A stretch of DNA of 55,552 nt from assembly GCA_903872065.1 (NCBI GenBank), contig CAIQJJ010000419.1, positions 1-55,552 of the forward strand, given 5' to 3'. The notes below the pieces were generated by a model. That model was given only the letters and a program-made list of their open reading frames with translations. It ran no database searches and had not been told where the DNA came from. Positions 26,491 through 34,571 of the stretch are shown here, one piece after another. The position numbers were made by a program, and so were the translations under genes. Every line of letters begins with the position of its first letter. Within the stretch, counting starts at the first letter, position 1. This DNA comes from an uncultured Anaerolineales bacterium (GTDB taxonomy: Bacteria; Chloroflexota; Anaerolineae; Anaerolineales; UBA4823).

Positions 26491-27582
26491 TCATCCCTGC
26501 TGGCAGATTTCACTCAACCGTTTCATGAAGTAGCCGTAATTGGCAAAAGAAATATCCGGCGGGCAGCTATGGTCGGTGTGCGGGATGTAGCCGCCGGCCA
26601 GCATCAAGGGCCTGACGCGCGCCAGTTCTTCCTCGATGGCGGCCGGCCCCTGCGCCAGGGCGCGCTTGTCAACGCCTCCCCACAGGCGCAGATCGCGGCC
26701 ATACTTCTGGCGCACCGCCAGCACATCCATGCCGGCCTGGACTTCAAAGGGATAGAGGAAGTTCAAACCAGCATCCAGCCAGACCGGGATTAAGGGGTCG
26801 ATCTGCCCGTCGCTGTCCAGCCCGATATGCCGGACGCCGCGCGCGCGCAGGTAGTCTACCACCCGCCGGTAGCGGGGCAGCATGTACCGCCGCGCCATGG
26901 CCGGGGAGATGAGCGGCCCGGACTTATAGCCCATATCCTCCCAAAAGATGAAGGCGTCAATTTCGATCACATCCAGGATTTGCGCCATCATGGCAATGAT
27001 GAAATCGGCGTTGGCGTCCATCATTTCTTCCAAAAAGGCCGGGTCATCGTAGAACAGCAGGCACAGCTTTTCTACCCCGACCATGTTGCGCAGCGGCCCA
27101 AAGAAACCGCCCCACCGGTCAGAGATAACTCCCAGTGGGATTGGCTCCGCCCGCAACTGCTGAAGCTGCGCGCGCCAATCCGGCCCGATGCGCTGCGCCA
27201 GGTCCGGCTGCATCCGTTCGCGCCAGAAGGAGCGAAATTCAGCGCGGTCTTCCACCGGGAATTTCAAAAATTGAGGCATCGAACTCATCGGTTGGTCTTT
27301 GCGCTCTTTCATCAAAATGCCCTCGTGGTTGTAGTAGATGATGTAGCGATCATCTTCGCTCACCACGCGATGCTCGAACGGCGGCTGGGGGAAAAACCAG
27401 TGGCCGAAAAAGTTGCGCCGGTCGGCCAGTACCGCCGGGTCATTGACGCCGGGTTGGTAGCCCTCTTGTTTCCAGCGCTCGATCGTTTCCGGCCAACCTC
27501 CCCAATCCCAGAAAGGTACCTGGTCAACAGGTTTGTAGTCCATGCACGCGTGAAAGCGTTGCAAAGCCGTCATTGAAGCCAT
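26491..27582 (-). CDS. URO-D superfamily protein, 'DSDG' subtype, function unknown
   Basis: MTALQRFHACMDYKPVDQVPFW..., IFWEDMGYKSGPLISP, and GLDSDGQIDPLIPVWLDAGLNFLYPFEVQAG. Clear paralogue of 31588-32691. AAGGAGA SD. Confidence 0.8.
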   Translation of the reverse strand: MASMTALQRFHACMDYKPVDQVPFWDWGGWPETIERWKQEGYQPGVNDPAVLADRRNFFGHWFFPQPPFEHRVVSEDDRYIIYYNHEGILMKERKDQPMSSMPQFLKFPVEDRAEFRSFWRERMQPDLAQRIGPDWRAQLQQLRAEPIPLGVISDRWGGFFGPLRNMVGVEKLCLLFYDDPAFLEEMMDANADFIIAMMAQILDVIEIDAFIFWEDMGYKSGPLISPAMARRYMLPRYRRVVDYLRARGVRHIGLDSDGQIDPLIPVWLDAGLNFLYPFEVQAGMDVLAVRQKYGRDLRLWGGVDKRALAQGPAAIEEELARVRPLMLAGGYIPHTDHSCPPDISFANYGYFMKRLSEICQQG

Positions 27583-27621
27583 TGTTTTTCTCCTTGTGCG
27601 AGTATGTTTCGATTTTGTTTC

Positions 27622-28200
27622 TTAGGTATCGGCGCGCTGGCGAAGGGCAAACACGCAGTAAGGGTCGCCGTCCAAGACATTTTTCAGGTGCAGAAATTCA
27701 TAGTCCGGGTTATACGCTTCCTGTTTGGCCTGGTCTACGAAGCAGTACAGCCGGCCAAGCCGGGCGGCCGGCGCGCCCATTTGCATCCACACTGCGGCCA
27801 ATGGGCAGTAGGTGACGACGGAATGTCCCTGGCTTTCGACATCCTTCGACAAGCTCAGGATGCCTTGCGATGGTGAGTTCAGGACGCCTTCCGACGAGGG
27901 GGCTGGAAGGTCTTCGGGGGCGGCTTTTTCCCAGCCAAAGGCGGGTAAATCGCGAATGCGGTTGAAGTTTTCCGGCGTCAGGGGCAGGCCTTGCGCCAGG
28001 AGGTCATCCTTGATGGCCTGGCCGCAGGCATGGCCGTAAGCGCGGATGGCTTTTTCGATCAGGCGTTTGCCTTGTTCATCGCCAAGTTCTTCGACCAAGG
28101 CGCTGGCAAAGGCATGGTACAGCAGGGCGGCGCGGCGCGCCATCAGCCTGACTTCTTCGGTGCATTGGGAAATGGTAAGAGTAGGTTCCTCGGTGGACAT
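27622..28200 (-). CDS. L-2-amino-thiazoline-4-carboxylic acid hydrolase (ATC hydrolase) family-like protein carrying an in-frame repeat insertion
   Basis: The C-terminal CPLAAVWMQMG...LYCFVDQAKQEAYNP...GDPYCVFAL pattern matches what I recall for the ATC-hydrolase family. Start set at MSTEEPTL (ATG 28200). The track ORF extends into repeat DNA. Confidence 0.6.
   Translation of the reverse strand: MSTEEPTLTISQCTEEVRLMARRAALLYHAFASALVEELGDEQGKRLIEKAIRAYGHACGQAIKDDLLAQGLPLTPENFNRIRDLPAFGWEKAAPEDLPAPSSEGVLNSPSQGILSLSKDVESQGHSVVTYCPLAAVWMQMGAPAARLGRLYCFVDQAKQEAYNPDYEFLHLKNVLDGDPYCVFALRQRADT
27831..27897. repeat. REP/MITE-like palindromic element copy inside a CDS
   Basis: Core ATCCTTCGACAAGCTCAGGATGCC at 27841-27864. 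On the gene strand it is translated in frame as ...SSEGVLNSPSQGILSLSKDVESQ... Confidence 0.7.
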
Positions 28201-28210
28201 TGCCTTTTTT

Positions 28211-28370
28211 ATCCTTCGGCTATCGTTCGGCCATCCTTCGACAGGCTCAGGATGCCTGATGGGTAATTGCCTTCTGCATCCTTCGGCCATCCTTCGACAA
28301 GCTCAGGATGCCTGGTGGGTATGTCTTCTTCATCCTTCGGCCATCCTTCGACAGGCTCAGGATGCCTGAG
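28211..28370. repeat. Three tandem copies of the REP-like element (units starting 28211, 28278, 28332)
   Basis: Repeated ATCCTTCGGCCATCCTTCGACARGCTCAGGATGCCTG with periods of 67 and 54 nt. It fills the spacer between two minus-strand genes and supplies the last codons and stop of the upstream gene. Confidence 0.85.
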
Positions 28371-30234
28371 CGGTGGGTGTTACCTGGATAATCTCGCCTT
28401 CTTTCAGGGCGTACATCTTGCCGCCGATCTGCGCACGGGCGATTTCATCCGCGGCCGGCGTCAGGTCAGCGGTATGCGCATGAGCCGCCAGGATGTCGCG
28501 CAGCAGGCTCTTGAAGGTGCCGTGATCGACAAACACCGCTTCGGCGTCGTCTTCCATCGCCACTGGCCCGCTGTAAAAGAAAGCCTGTCCTTTACCGGCC
28601 TGGCGGCGGAAAGCCGCCGAGGTCAGCCTGGTATAAGTCCCGGAGAAAGAATGCTCGGCGCGGGTGGCGGCCAGCATGTCCACATCGGGCGCAAGATCCA
28701 TCCAGGAGGTCGCCGCGCCGAACTCGCCCAGCTTGCTGAACAAGGGAAATTCTGGCCCGGCCTGGATATGCTGGGTGGCATGGCCCCAGGTTTCCTCGGA
28801 GGTAGGCAGAATGCCAAACAGTTGATCGTATTCCGCCACGCGCGCCAGTTCCAGGTCGGTCAGCAGCCCGGCTTGCAAAAGAACCCCGCCGGCCTGCACC
28901 CAATGCGCAATCCGCTCCAGCACTGCCCGCGAGGTGAAGCCCGGCAGCGGAATCACCAACAGGCGGTAGCGTTCCAGGGCGCCATCCAGGATCATCTCTT
29001 CGTTGACGGGCAGGCAGTAGGTCATACGGCGCACAAAGCGCAGCGCCCGGCCGACCACATCCGGCATGCCGCCCTGCCAGGCGGCGTACAGGCCCGGCCA
29101 AAAGAAAGCGACCGCCGGCTCAAGCGGGCGCTTTTGCAGCAAAGGCTGGTATTGGCGCAGGGCTTCGGCGGCCGCGCGGGGCTTGATGTCGTCGAACAGG
29201 TTGCCATAATAATGAAACATCTGTGGGTTGCCGTAATCGGCGGAGCCGAAAATACGCGCCGTCACCCCTTTGTCGGTCATAGGGCCCACCGGTTCCAGGC
29301 CCAGGTTGGCGCCGTAGAAATCGCAGGCGCTGCGGGTGTAGGCCGTCATGAAGAAATTGTCGTAAAACTTATTCCCCTCGTTGGTCAAGCGGATGCCGCC
29401 GCCATGCTGCGCGGCGATGCGCGCCTGGCTGCTGAACAAGGAGGCCTGCGCCGGCTCTTCCACGCCGCCGGTGCAGAGATAAACCGGCAGGCTAGGGAAG
29501 AATTGGCGGCAGGTCTTCATCCAAAACCCGGCGTATTCAGTCATTGAGCCGCGATACCAATCCAGCAGGTCGAAAAAGGCAGTGCGGGAGGGGGCTTGAT
29601 GCACCAGGAAGGGGAAGACGCTGTCGAAGTTCGCATAGCGCGCCCGCCAGGCGTGGTTCAACTGCTCAATCGAGGAAAATTTTTGCTGCAGCCAGGCGCG
29701 AAAACTGGCTATGGCGTCTGCGCCGCCGCACCAATAGCCGACATGCGTATGATAATCGCCCGGCCAGTTGCCCAGGACGGGCATGATCGCCTCGCCGTAA
29801 TCGCCGCAAATGCCAGGCTGGATCGATTCTAACACTCCCGTTGGCAGATAATGGGCGGCAAAAGCCTGCACCACGCGCCCAATTTCCTGCCGGAAGAGCG
29901 GGTTCCAGATCGATTCGATAGGGCTGACCTTGCCGTGCTCCAGGCAGCGCAGCCCCACATGTTCCGGCGCATCCAGCCACCACTGCGGCGAGGCGTATTT
30001 AGGCCCCATCAGCAGGAATGGCACATATTTCAGGCCGGCCTCCTGGATCAGAGCCGCTTCGCGATCGTAGAAGCTCCAATCGAATTGGCCGCGGGCATGC
30101 GGCTCAAACACTTTCCAAAAGGTATAGATTTGCACCGAGGTAGCCCCGATCTCTTTAAGCTGTCGCAAGGCGTCTTTTTCCAACGGGTTTTCAAAGGGGA
30201 CGCCGCAGACGACGATTTCGTGGGGTGGGTTCAT
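28357..30234 (-). CDS. Putative glycoside hydrolase, beta-amylase/GH42-like TIM barrel with C-terminal GATase1-like domain
   Basis: LKEIGATSVQIYTFWKVFEPHARGQFDWSFYDREAALIQEAGLKYVPFL is the W..E....G.(F/Y)DWS.Y pattern of GH14/GH42-type barrels. The later YRLLVIPLPGF...WVQAGGVLL resembles the GH42 trimerisation/GATase-like domain. No signal peptide. Confidence 0.65.
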   Translation of the reverse strand: MNPPHEIVVCGVPFENPLEKDALRQLKEIGATSVQIYTFWKVFEPHARGQFDWSFYDREAALIQEAGLKYVPFLLMGPKYASPQWWLDAPEHVGLRCLEHGKVSPIESIWNPLFRQEIGRVVQAFAAHYLPTGVLESIQPGICGDYGEAIMPVLGNWPGDYHTHVGYWCGGADAIASFRAWLQQKFSSIEQLNHAWRARYANFDSVFPFLVHQAPSRTAFFDLLDWYRGSMTEYAGFWMKTCRQFFPSLPVYLCTGGVEEPAQASLFSSQARIAAQHGGGIRLTNEGNKFYDNFFMTAYTRSACDFYGANLGLEPVGPMTDKGVTARIFGSADYGNPQMFHYYGNLFDDIKPRAAAEALRQYQPLLQKRPLEPAVAFFWPGLYAAWQGGMPDVVGRALRFVRRMTYCLPVNEEMILDGALERYRLLVIPLPGFTSRAVLERIAHWVQAGGVLLQAGLLTDLELARVAEYDQLFGILPTSEETWGHATQHIQAGPEFPLFSKLGEFGAATSWMDLAPDVDMLAATRAEHSFSGTYTRLTSAAFRRQAGKGQAFFYSGPVAMEDDAEAVFVDHGTFKSLLRDILAAHAHTADLTPAADEIARAQIGGKMYALKEGEIIQVTPTAQAS

Positions 30235-31415
30235 GATAAGCCTCCAGGATAAGGGAGAAGAATGATGAAACGGCTGCCCTGGCCGAAAACGCTTTCCAGG
30301 CTGATCTTGCCGCCGTGCAGTTCTACCAGGGCTTTGACGATGACCAGCCCTAAACCCGTACCTTCGTACAGGCGGGACAGGCGGGCGTCCAATTGGACAA
30401 AGGGGTGAAATAAGCGAGGCAAATCTTCTTCTTTGATGCCCATGCCGGTATCCGCAACGCTGATCTGAACCTGGTCTCCGGCGGGCAAGAGGACGGCGCT
30501 CAAGCTAATCCGCCCCTGTGCAGGGGTAAATTTGACGGCGTTATCCAGCAAACTGACCAGGATTTGCTTCAGACGCTCCCCATCTGCATTGAGGGTGATA
30601 TTTTTCGGGCTGATCGAAAAATTGAGGCGCTGCTTTTTGGCGGCGGCTTTGATTTGCACGGTGCGCAGGCTGGCGCTGCAGATCTCGGCCAGGGAACAGG
30701 CTGAAATTTGCAAATTGAGTTGTCCGGATTGAAGTTGGGCAATGTCCAGCACCTCGTTGACAATTTTGAGCAGGCGGCTGCCGCTGCTCTCAATGTTCTG
30801 GAGCGCTTTTTGCTGTTTGGGGTTCAGGTCGCCATAGGTATTTTCCAACAAGATATCGGTCAGTCCCAAAATTCCACTCAGCGGGGCGTGTAATTCATGG
30901 TTCATAGCCGCCGTGAACTCATCCTTGGCATGCAGTGCCTTTTCCAGGGCTGCATGGGTCGCTTGTAACTCAGCGATGCGCGCCTGCTGTTGTTCCAGGG
31001 CAGCTTCGGCCTGTTTGCGCGCTGTGATATCGGCGCTGACGCCATACCAATGAGCGATTTTGCCCTCCGCGTCCCGCGTTGGAACAGCTTTGACCAGGAA
31101 ATGCCGGTATTCTCCGTCGAAGCGGCGCAGCCGAAGTTCCGCCTCGTAGGGCGCGCCAGACTGGACGGCCTGCGCCCACTGCTGCCTGGCGTCTGCCGCC
31201 TCGTCGGGATGCAAAGCTTGCGCCCAACCGCCGCCCGAAGCCTGCGCCAGGGTGAGGCCGGTGAAAGACAGCCATTCCTGGTTGAAATAGTCTATCTCGC
31301 CATCCGGGCGCGCTTCCCAGAGCATGGCGGGGATAGAGTGAAGGAGATGATGTACCTGCTGCTCTTCCTTCTCTGGGCTTGCGCCAGGTACGTTGGTGTG
31401 ATCATGGTTGTTCAT
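30231..31415 (-). CDS. Soluble PAS-domain sensor histidine kinase
   Basis: PAS region (MLWEARPDGEIDYFNQEWLSFTG), coiled-coil linker, H-box MNHELHAPLSGI, and HATPase_c G-boxes (DTGMGI, GTGLGL). No TM segments. The stop overlaps the next gene's ATG (ATGA). Confidence 0.85.
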   Translation of the reverse strand: MNNHDHTNVPGASPEKEEQQVHHLLHSIPAMLWEARPDGEIDYFNQEWLSFTGLTLAQASGGGWAQALHPDEAADARQQWAQAVQSGAPYEAELRLRRFDGEYRHFLVKAVPTRDAEGKIAHWYGVSADITARKQAEAALEQQQARIAELQATHAALEKALHAKDEFTAAMNHELHAPLSGILGLTDILLENTYGDLNPKQQKALQNIESSGSRLLKIVNEVLDIAQLQSGQLNLQISACSLAEICSASLRTVQIKAAAKKQRLNFSISPKNITLNADGERLKQILVSLLDNAVKFTPAQGRISLSAVLLPAGDQVQISVADTGMGIKEEDLPRLFHPFVQLDARLSRLYEGTGLGLVIVKALVELHGGKISLESVFGQGSRFIILLPYPGGLS

Positions 31416-31472
31416 TCTGTTACTTTATGGAAGTTCGGAGAAATTTGTTCCTATTGTAACCCTGAGGAAAGT

Positions 31473-31482
31473 TTTGCGCAAA
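31473..31482. promoter_or_regulatory. 10-bp perfect palindrome TTTGCGCAAA in the HK/URO-D divergent spacer
   Basis: The identical decamer recurs at 42261-42270 in the other regulated promoter region. A TATAAT lies about 50 nt downstream, ahead of the 31588 start. Confidence 0.3.
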
Positions 31483-31587
31483 CGAGAACGCAGGGATGGC
31501 CCAAACCGCTTCTCAAAAAACGGACGCCTACCAGTATAATGTGCCGTGTTCAATATCACTTCCTCACCCATCTACAGGTAACCCGCT

Positions 31588-32691
31588 ATGAATCATCGTG
31601 AACGTTTCCTGGCGGCGATGGATTTTCGCCGGCCCGACCGCCCCTGTCACCTCGAACACGGCTTTTGGAATGAAACCTTTCAACGCTGGCGCGGCGAAGG
31701 TCTGCCGCCCGAGGTGATTTTACCCGAACTGTTCTTTCACTCGCCGCGCAACGATCTGTTTGGCTATTTCGATGTAGCCAAGATCGCTTACGTGTCGGTC
31801 GAACAGTATTACGTCCCCGCCTTCCCTGAAGAAGTCCTCTCGCTGACCGCCGATGAGCGCTTATGGCGCAATTCGCATGGGGTGCTGCTGCGCGAACGGT
31901 TGAGCAATGTTTCGATGCCCCAATTCCTGGACTACCCGATTAAAAACCGGCAGGATTACGAAGTCTATCGCCCCCGCCTGACTGGTTCGCCCGAAAAGCG
32001 CTATCGCGCCGATTGGGCGGAGCAGATGCGCTTCATCAGCGGGCAAGACCGGGATATTGTGGCGACGCACATGGAGGGATTCTTCGGCTATCCGCGTGAA
32101 CTGCTGGGCGTGGAAAACTTGCTGACGATGTTCTACGACGACCCGGCCCTGATGCACCGGATCATTGATGATCACCTGGAACTGCTCTTGACGCTCTATG
32201 AGCCTGCGATCCGTGACCTGCGGCCTGACTTCGCCTTTATCTGGGAGGATATGTGCTACAAAAACGGGCCGCTGATCGCGCCGCGCACGTTTCGCGCGTT
32301 TCTGCTGCCGGCGTACCAGAAGTTGACCCGCTTTCTCAAGCAAATGGGGGTCAAAAATATTATCGTGGACAGCGACGGCAATGTCGAAAAGCTGATCCCG
32401 CTCTGGCTGGAGGGCGGCGTCACTGGTCTGCTGCCGTTTGAGGTCAAAGCGGGCGGGGATGTGCTGAAGATCAGAAAGCAGTATCCGCAGTTGCAGATCA
32501 TTGGCGGGGTTGAAAAGCACTGCCTGGAGCATGGCCGAACCGAAATTGACGCCGAACTTGCGCGTGTTTTGCCAGGGATGCTGGCGCAGGGAGGTTACGG
32601 TGTGGCGCTGGATCATTGGGTGCATGACGCGATTCCGCTAGAGAATTTCCGCTATTATGTTGAACGGGTAAAAGATTGGAATATGCCGTGA
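31588..32691 (+). CDS. URO-D superfamily protein, 'DSDG' subtype, function unknown
   Basis: MNHRERFLAAMDFRRPDRP..., FIWEDMCYKNGPLIAP, and VDSDGNVEKLIPLWLEGGVTGLLPFEVKAG. Paralogue of 26491-27582. Confidence 0.8.
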   Translation: MNHRERFLAAMDFRRPDRPCHLEHGFWNETFQRWRGEGLPPEVILPELFFHSPRNDLFGYFDVAKIAYVSVEQYYVPAFPEEVLSLTADERLWRNSHGVLLRERLSNVSMPQFLDYPIKNRQDYEVYRPRLTGSPEKRYRADWAEQMRFISGQDRDIVATHMEGFFGYPRELLGVENLLTMFYDDPALMHRIIDDHLELLLTLYEPAIRDLRPDFAFIWEDMCYKNGPLIAPRTFRAFLLPAYQKLTRFLKQMGVKNIIVDSDGNVEKLIPLWLEGGVTGLLPFEVKAGGDVLKIRKQYPQLQIIGGVEKHCLEHGRTEIDAELARVLPGMLAQGGYGVALDHWVHDAIPLENFRYYVERVKDWNMP

Positions 32692-32694
32692 AGA

Positions 32695-32860
32695 GCGGCG
32701 CTTCGACAGGTTCAGCGCGCCTGGTTGTGTGGTAGACATCCTGAGCTTGTCGAAGGATGATTCGGCGCTTCGACAAGCCACGCTTCGACATGTTCAGCGC
32801 GCCTGGTTGTGCGATAGGCATCCTGAGCTTGTCGAAGGATGGTCAGGCTCAGCGCGCCTG
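32695..32860. repeat. Two composite REP-like units (reverse orientation)
   Basis: CGCTTCGACA..TTCAGCGCGCCTGGTTGTG...GGCATCCTGAGCTTGTCGAAGGATG occurs twice, followed by a partial GGTCAGGCTCAGCGCGCCTG. Confidence 0.85.
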
Positions 32861-32920
32861 TGGGAGGTGATATAATTTAACCCTCTATCCGCACTTGCGT
32901 TGGTGACAAAGGAGCTTCGC

Positions 32921-33727
32921 ATGGCATTGTTCAAAATTGGTTGTCAAACGTATAGTTGGGAAATGTTGGGGGACGCATGGCAGGGCGCGCCGGACGATAT
33001 CCTGGAAGCCGTTGCCCAGGCCGGCTACGCCGGAGTTGAATTTAGCAATCAGATGATCGGCAAATACCTGGCCCAACCAGCGCAGTTTGCCCAGGCTTTA
33101 GCGCAGCGCGGCCTGGCCTGCGCCGCATTTGCCTACGCCCGCGCTGGCTTTACCGAGGCGGCGCAAGAGGCCGAAGACCTGGCCGGCCTGGAAACGGCGC
33201 TGCAATTTGCCGCCCATTTCGGCATCCCGCTTGGCCTGGGCGGGCCCTCCAGCCAGGATCACGACCGCCGCCAGGACAAGATGGCCCAGGCGCTGCGTTT
33301 TTACGCCCAGGCCGCCCGGCGGGCGCAGACGTATGGCGTCAGCCTGCTCATTCACCCTCATTCTCATCACACCTCGCTGGTTTTGACCGCGGATGAATAC
33401 GATCAACTGCTTACGGCCGTCGCGCCGTTGGGAATTGGCTTCAACCCCGACACGGGACATATCCTGCGCGGCGGGCAGGATGTCATGGCCTGCTTGCAGC
33501 GTCACCGGCCTCAGATCGGCCACGTACATATCAAAGACGTGGATGCGAACGGCAGTTGGGCCGCGCTGGGGCAGGGCATTACCCCTCTGGCTGAACTGCT
33601 CGCCTGGCTGGAGCAGACCAGCTACGCCGGCTGGGTGGTGATCGAAGAAGAATCCGCCGCCGTCTATCCCGAACCATCGGCGGCGATCGCCGCCAACCGG
33701 CGCGTGCTGCAGCGCTTCAATGTTTAA
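32921..33727 (+). CDS. Sugar phosphate isomerase/epimerase (xylose-isomerase-like TIM barrel) family protein
   Basis: FKIGCQTYSWEM...AGYAGVEFS...IHPH...GHVHIKDV...VVIEEE pattern. Start set at ATG 32921 with AAGGAG upstream. Confidence 0.85.
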   Translation: MALFKIGCQTYSWEMLGDAWQGAPDDILEAVAQAGYAGVEFSNQMIGKYLAQPAQFAQALAQRGLACAAFAYARAGFTEAAQEAEDLAGLETALQFAAHFGIPLGLGGPSSQDHDRRQDKMAQALRFYAQAARRAQTYGVSLLIHPHSHHTSLVLTADEYDQLLTAVAPLGIGFNPDTGHILRGGQDVMACLQRHRPQIGHVHIKDVDANGSWAALGQGITPLAELLAWLEQTSYAGWVVIEEESAAVYPEPSAAIAANRRVLQRFNV

Positions 33728-33761
33728 GCCCCCGGTGGGCGTGTTTTGCTAGGAGTCAAGC

Positions 33762-34568
33762 ATGGAAATTATTTGCGCCTCAATCTGTTATCGCGGCTAC
33801 GCCGACGACGAAGTGCAAGCCACCCTCGATCTCGCCCCGCGCATCGGCTACCACTGGATGGAAGTGCATGGGCCGCTAACCTGGAGCCTGGAGGCCATTC
33901 GCCAGTTCGATCTGCCGGCGCTGCAAACGCGCTTGCGGACCTCTGGCATGGCCTGCGCCGGGCTGTACACACCCGGCTGGGGCGGGCAGGATGATGACGA
34001 CGCCCTGGCGCACGCCGCGGCGATCGCGCGCTGCGCCGGCTTTGCCCAGGCGCTCGGCGCGACCCATGTGACCAGCACCGGCGCCGAACGGCGCGGGACG
34101 CGAGGAGCGCTCGAACGCGTCATTCGCTGCGCCCAGGCGGTTCTCCAGGCGCAGCCGGCCGAGAGCGCCATCCGCCTGGCCTTGGAGCCTCATTTTGGCA
34201 ATGCACTGGAACAGCCCGCCGACTTCAGCGCCGTCCTCTCCGCCTGCCCGGACGAGCGCCTGGGCGTCTGCGTGGATACCGGGCATTTCCATGCCGCCGG
34301 GGTGGATATGCCGGCCTTCATCCGCCAGTTTGCCGGGCGCATCTACAGCGTCCATTTGAAGGATCACCTCGGCCCGCGCTCGGTTGGCATTGGTCGCGGG
34401 GAGATTGACCTGCCCGGCGTGCTGGCCGCGCTGCAAGCGACCGGCTACCGCGGCGGCCTGACCGTGGAACTGGAAGTGGACGATCCGCAAAACCTGGCGC
34501 GTTACACCGAAGAAGCCTATTTTTACTTGAGTGGTCTGCTCGGACAGAAGCTCGCAGAAAGGAATTGA
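33762..34568 (+). CDS. Sugar phosphate isomerase/epimerase (xylose-isomerase-like TIM barrel) family protein
   Basis: LALEPH...DTGHFHAAGVD...SVHLKDH...LTVELE pattern. AGGAG SD. Confidence 0.8.
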   Translation: MEIICASICYRGYADDEVQATLDLAPRIGYHWMEVHGPLTWSLEAIRQFDLPALQTRLRTSGMACAGLYTPGWGGQDDDDALAHAAAIARCAGFAQALGATHVTSTGAERRGTRGALERVIRCAQAVLQAQPAESAIRLALEPHFGNALEQPADFSAVLSACPDERLGVCVDTGHFHAAGVDMPAFIRQFAGRIYSVHLKDHLGPRSVGIGRGEIDLPGVLAALQATGYRGGLTVELEVDDPQNLARYTEEAYFYLSGLLGQKLAERN

Positions 34569-34571
34569 TTG

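Noticed and set aside
3685-32691. Interpreting the four URO-D-family genes as heme biosynthesis hemE.
   Set aside because: There are four divergent copies, all in sugar-catabolic contexts, and no other heme-pathway genes are nearby. Two carry MtaA-like H-x-C motifs. I therefore call only superfamily membership.
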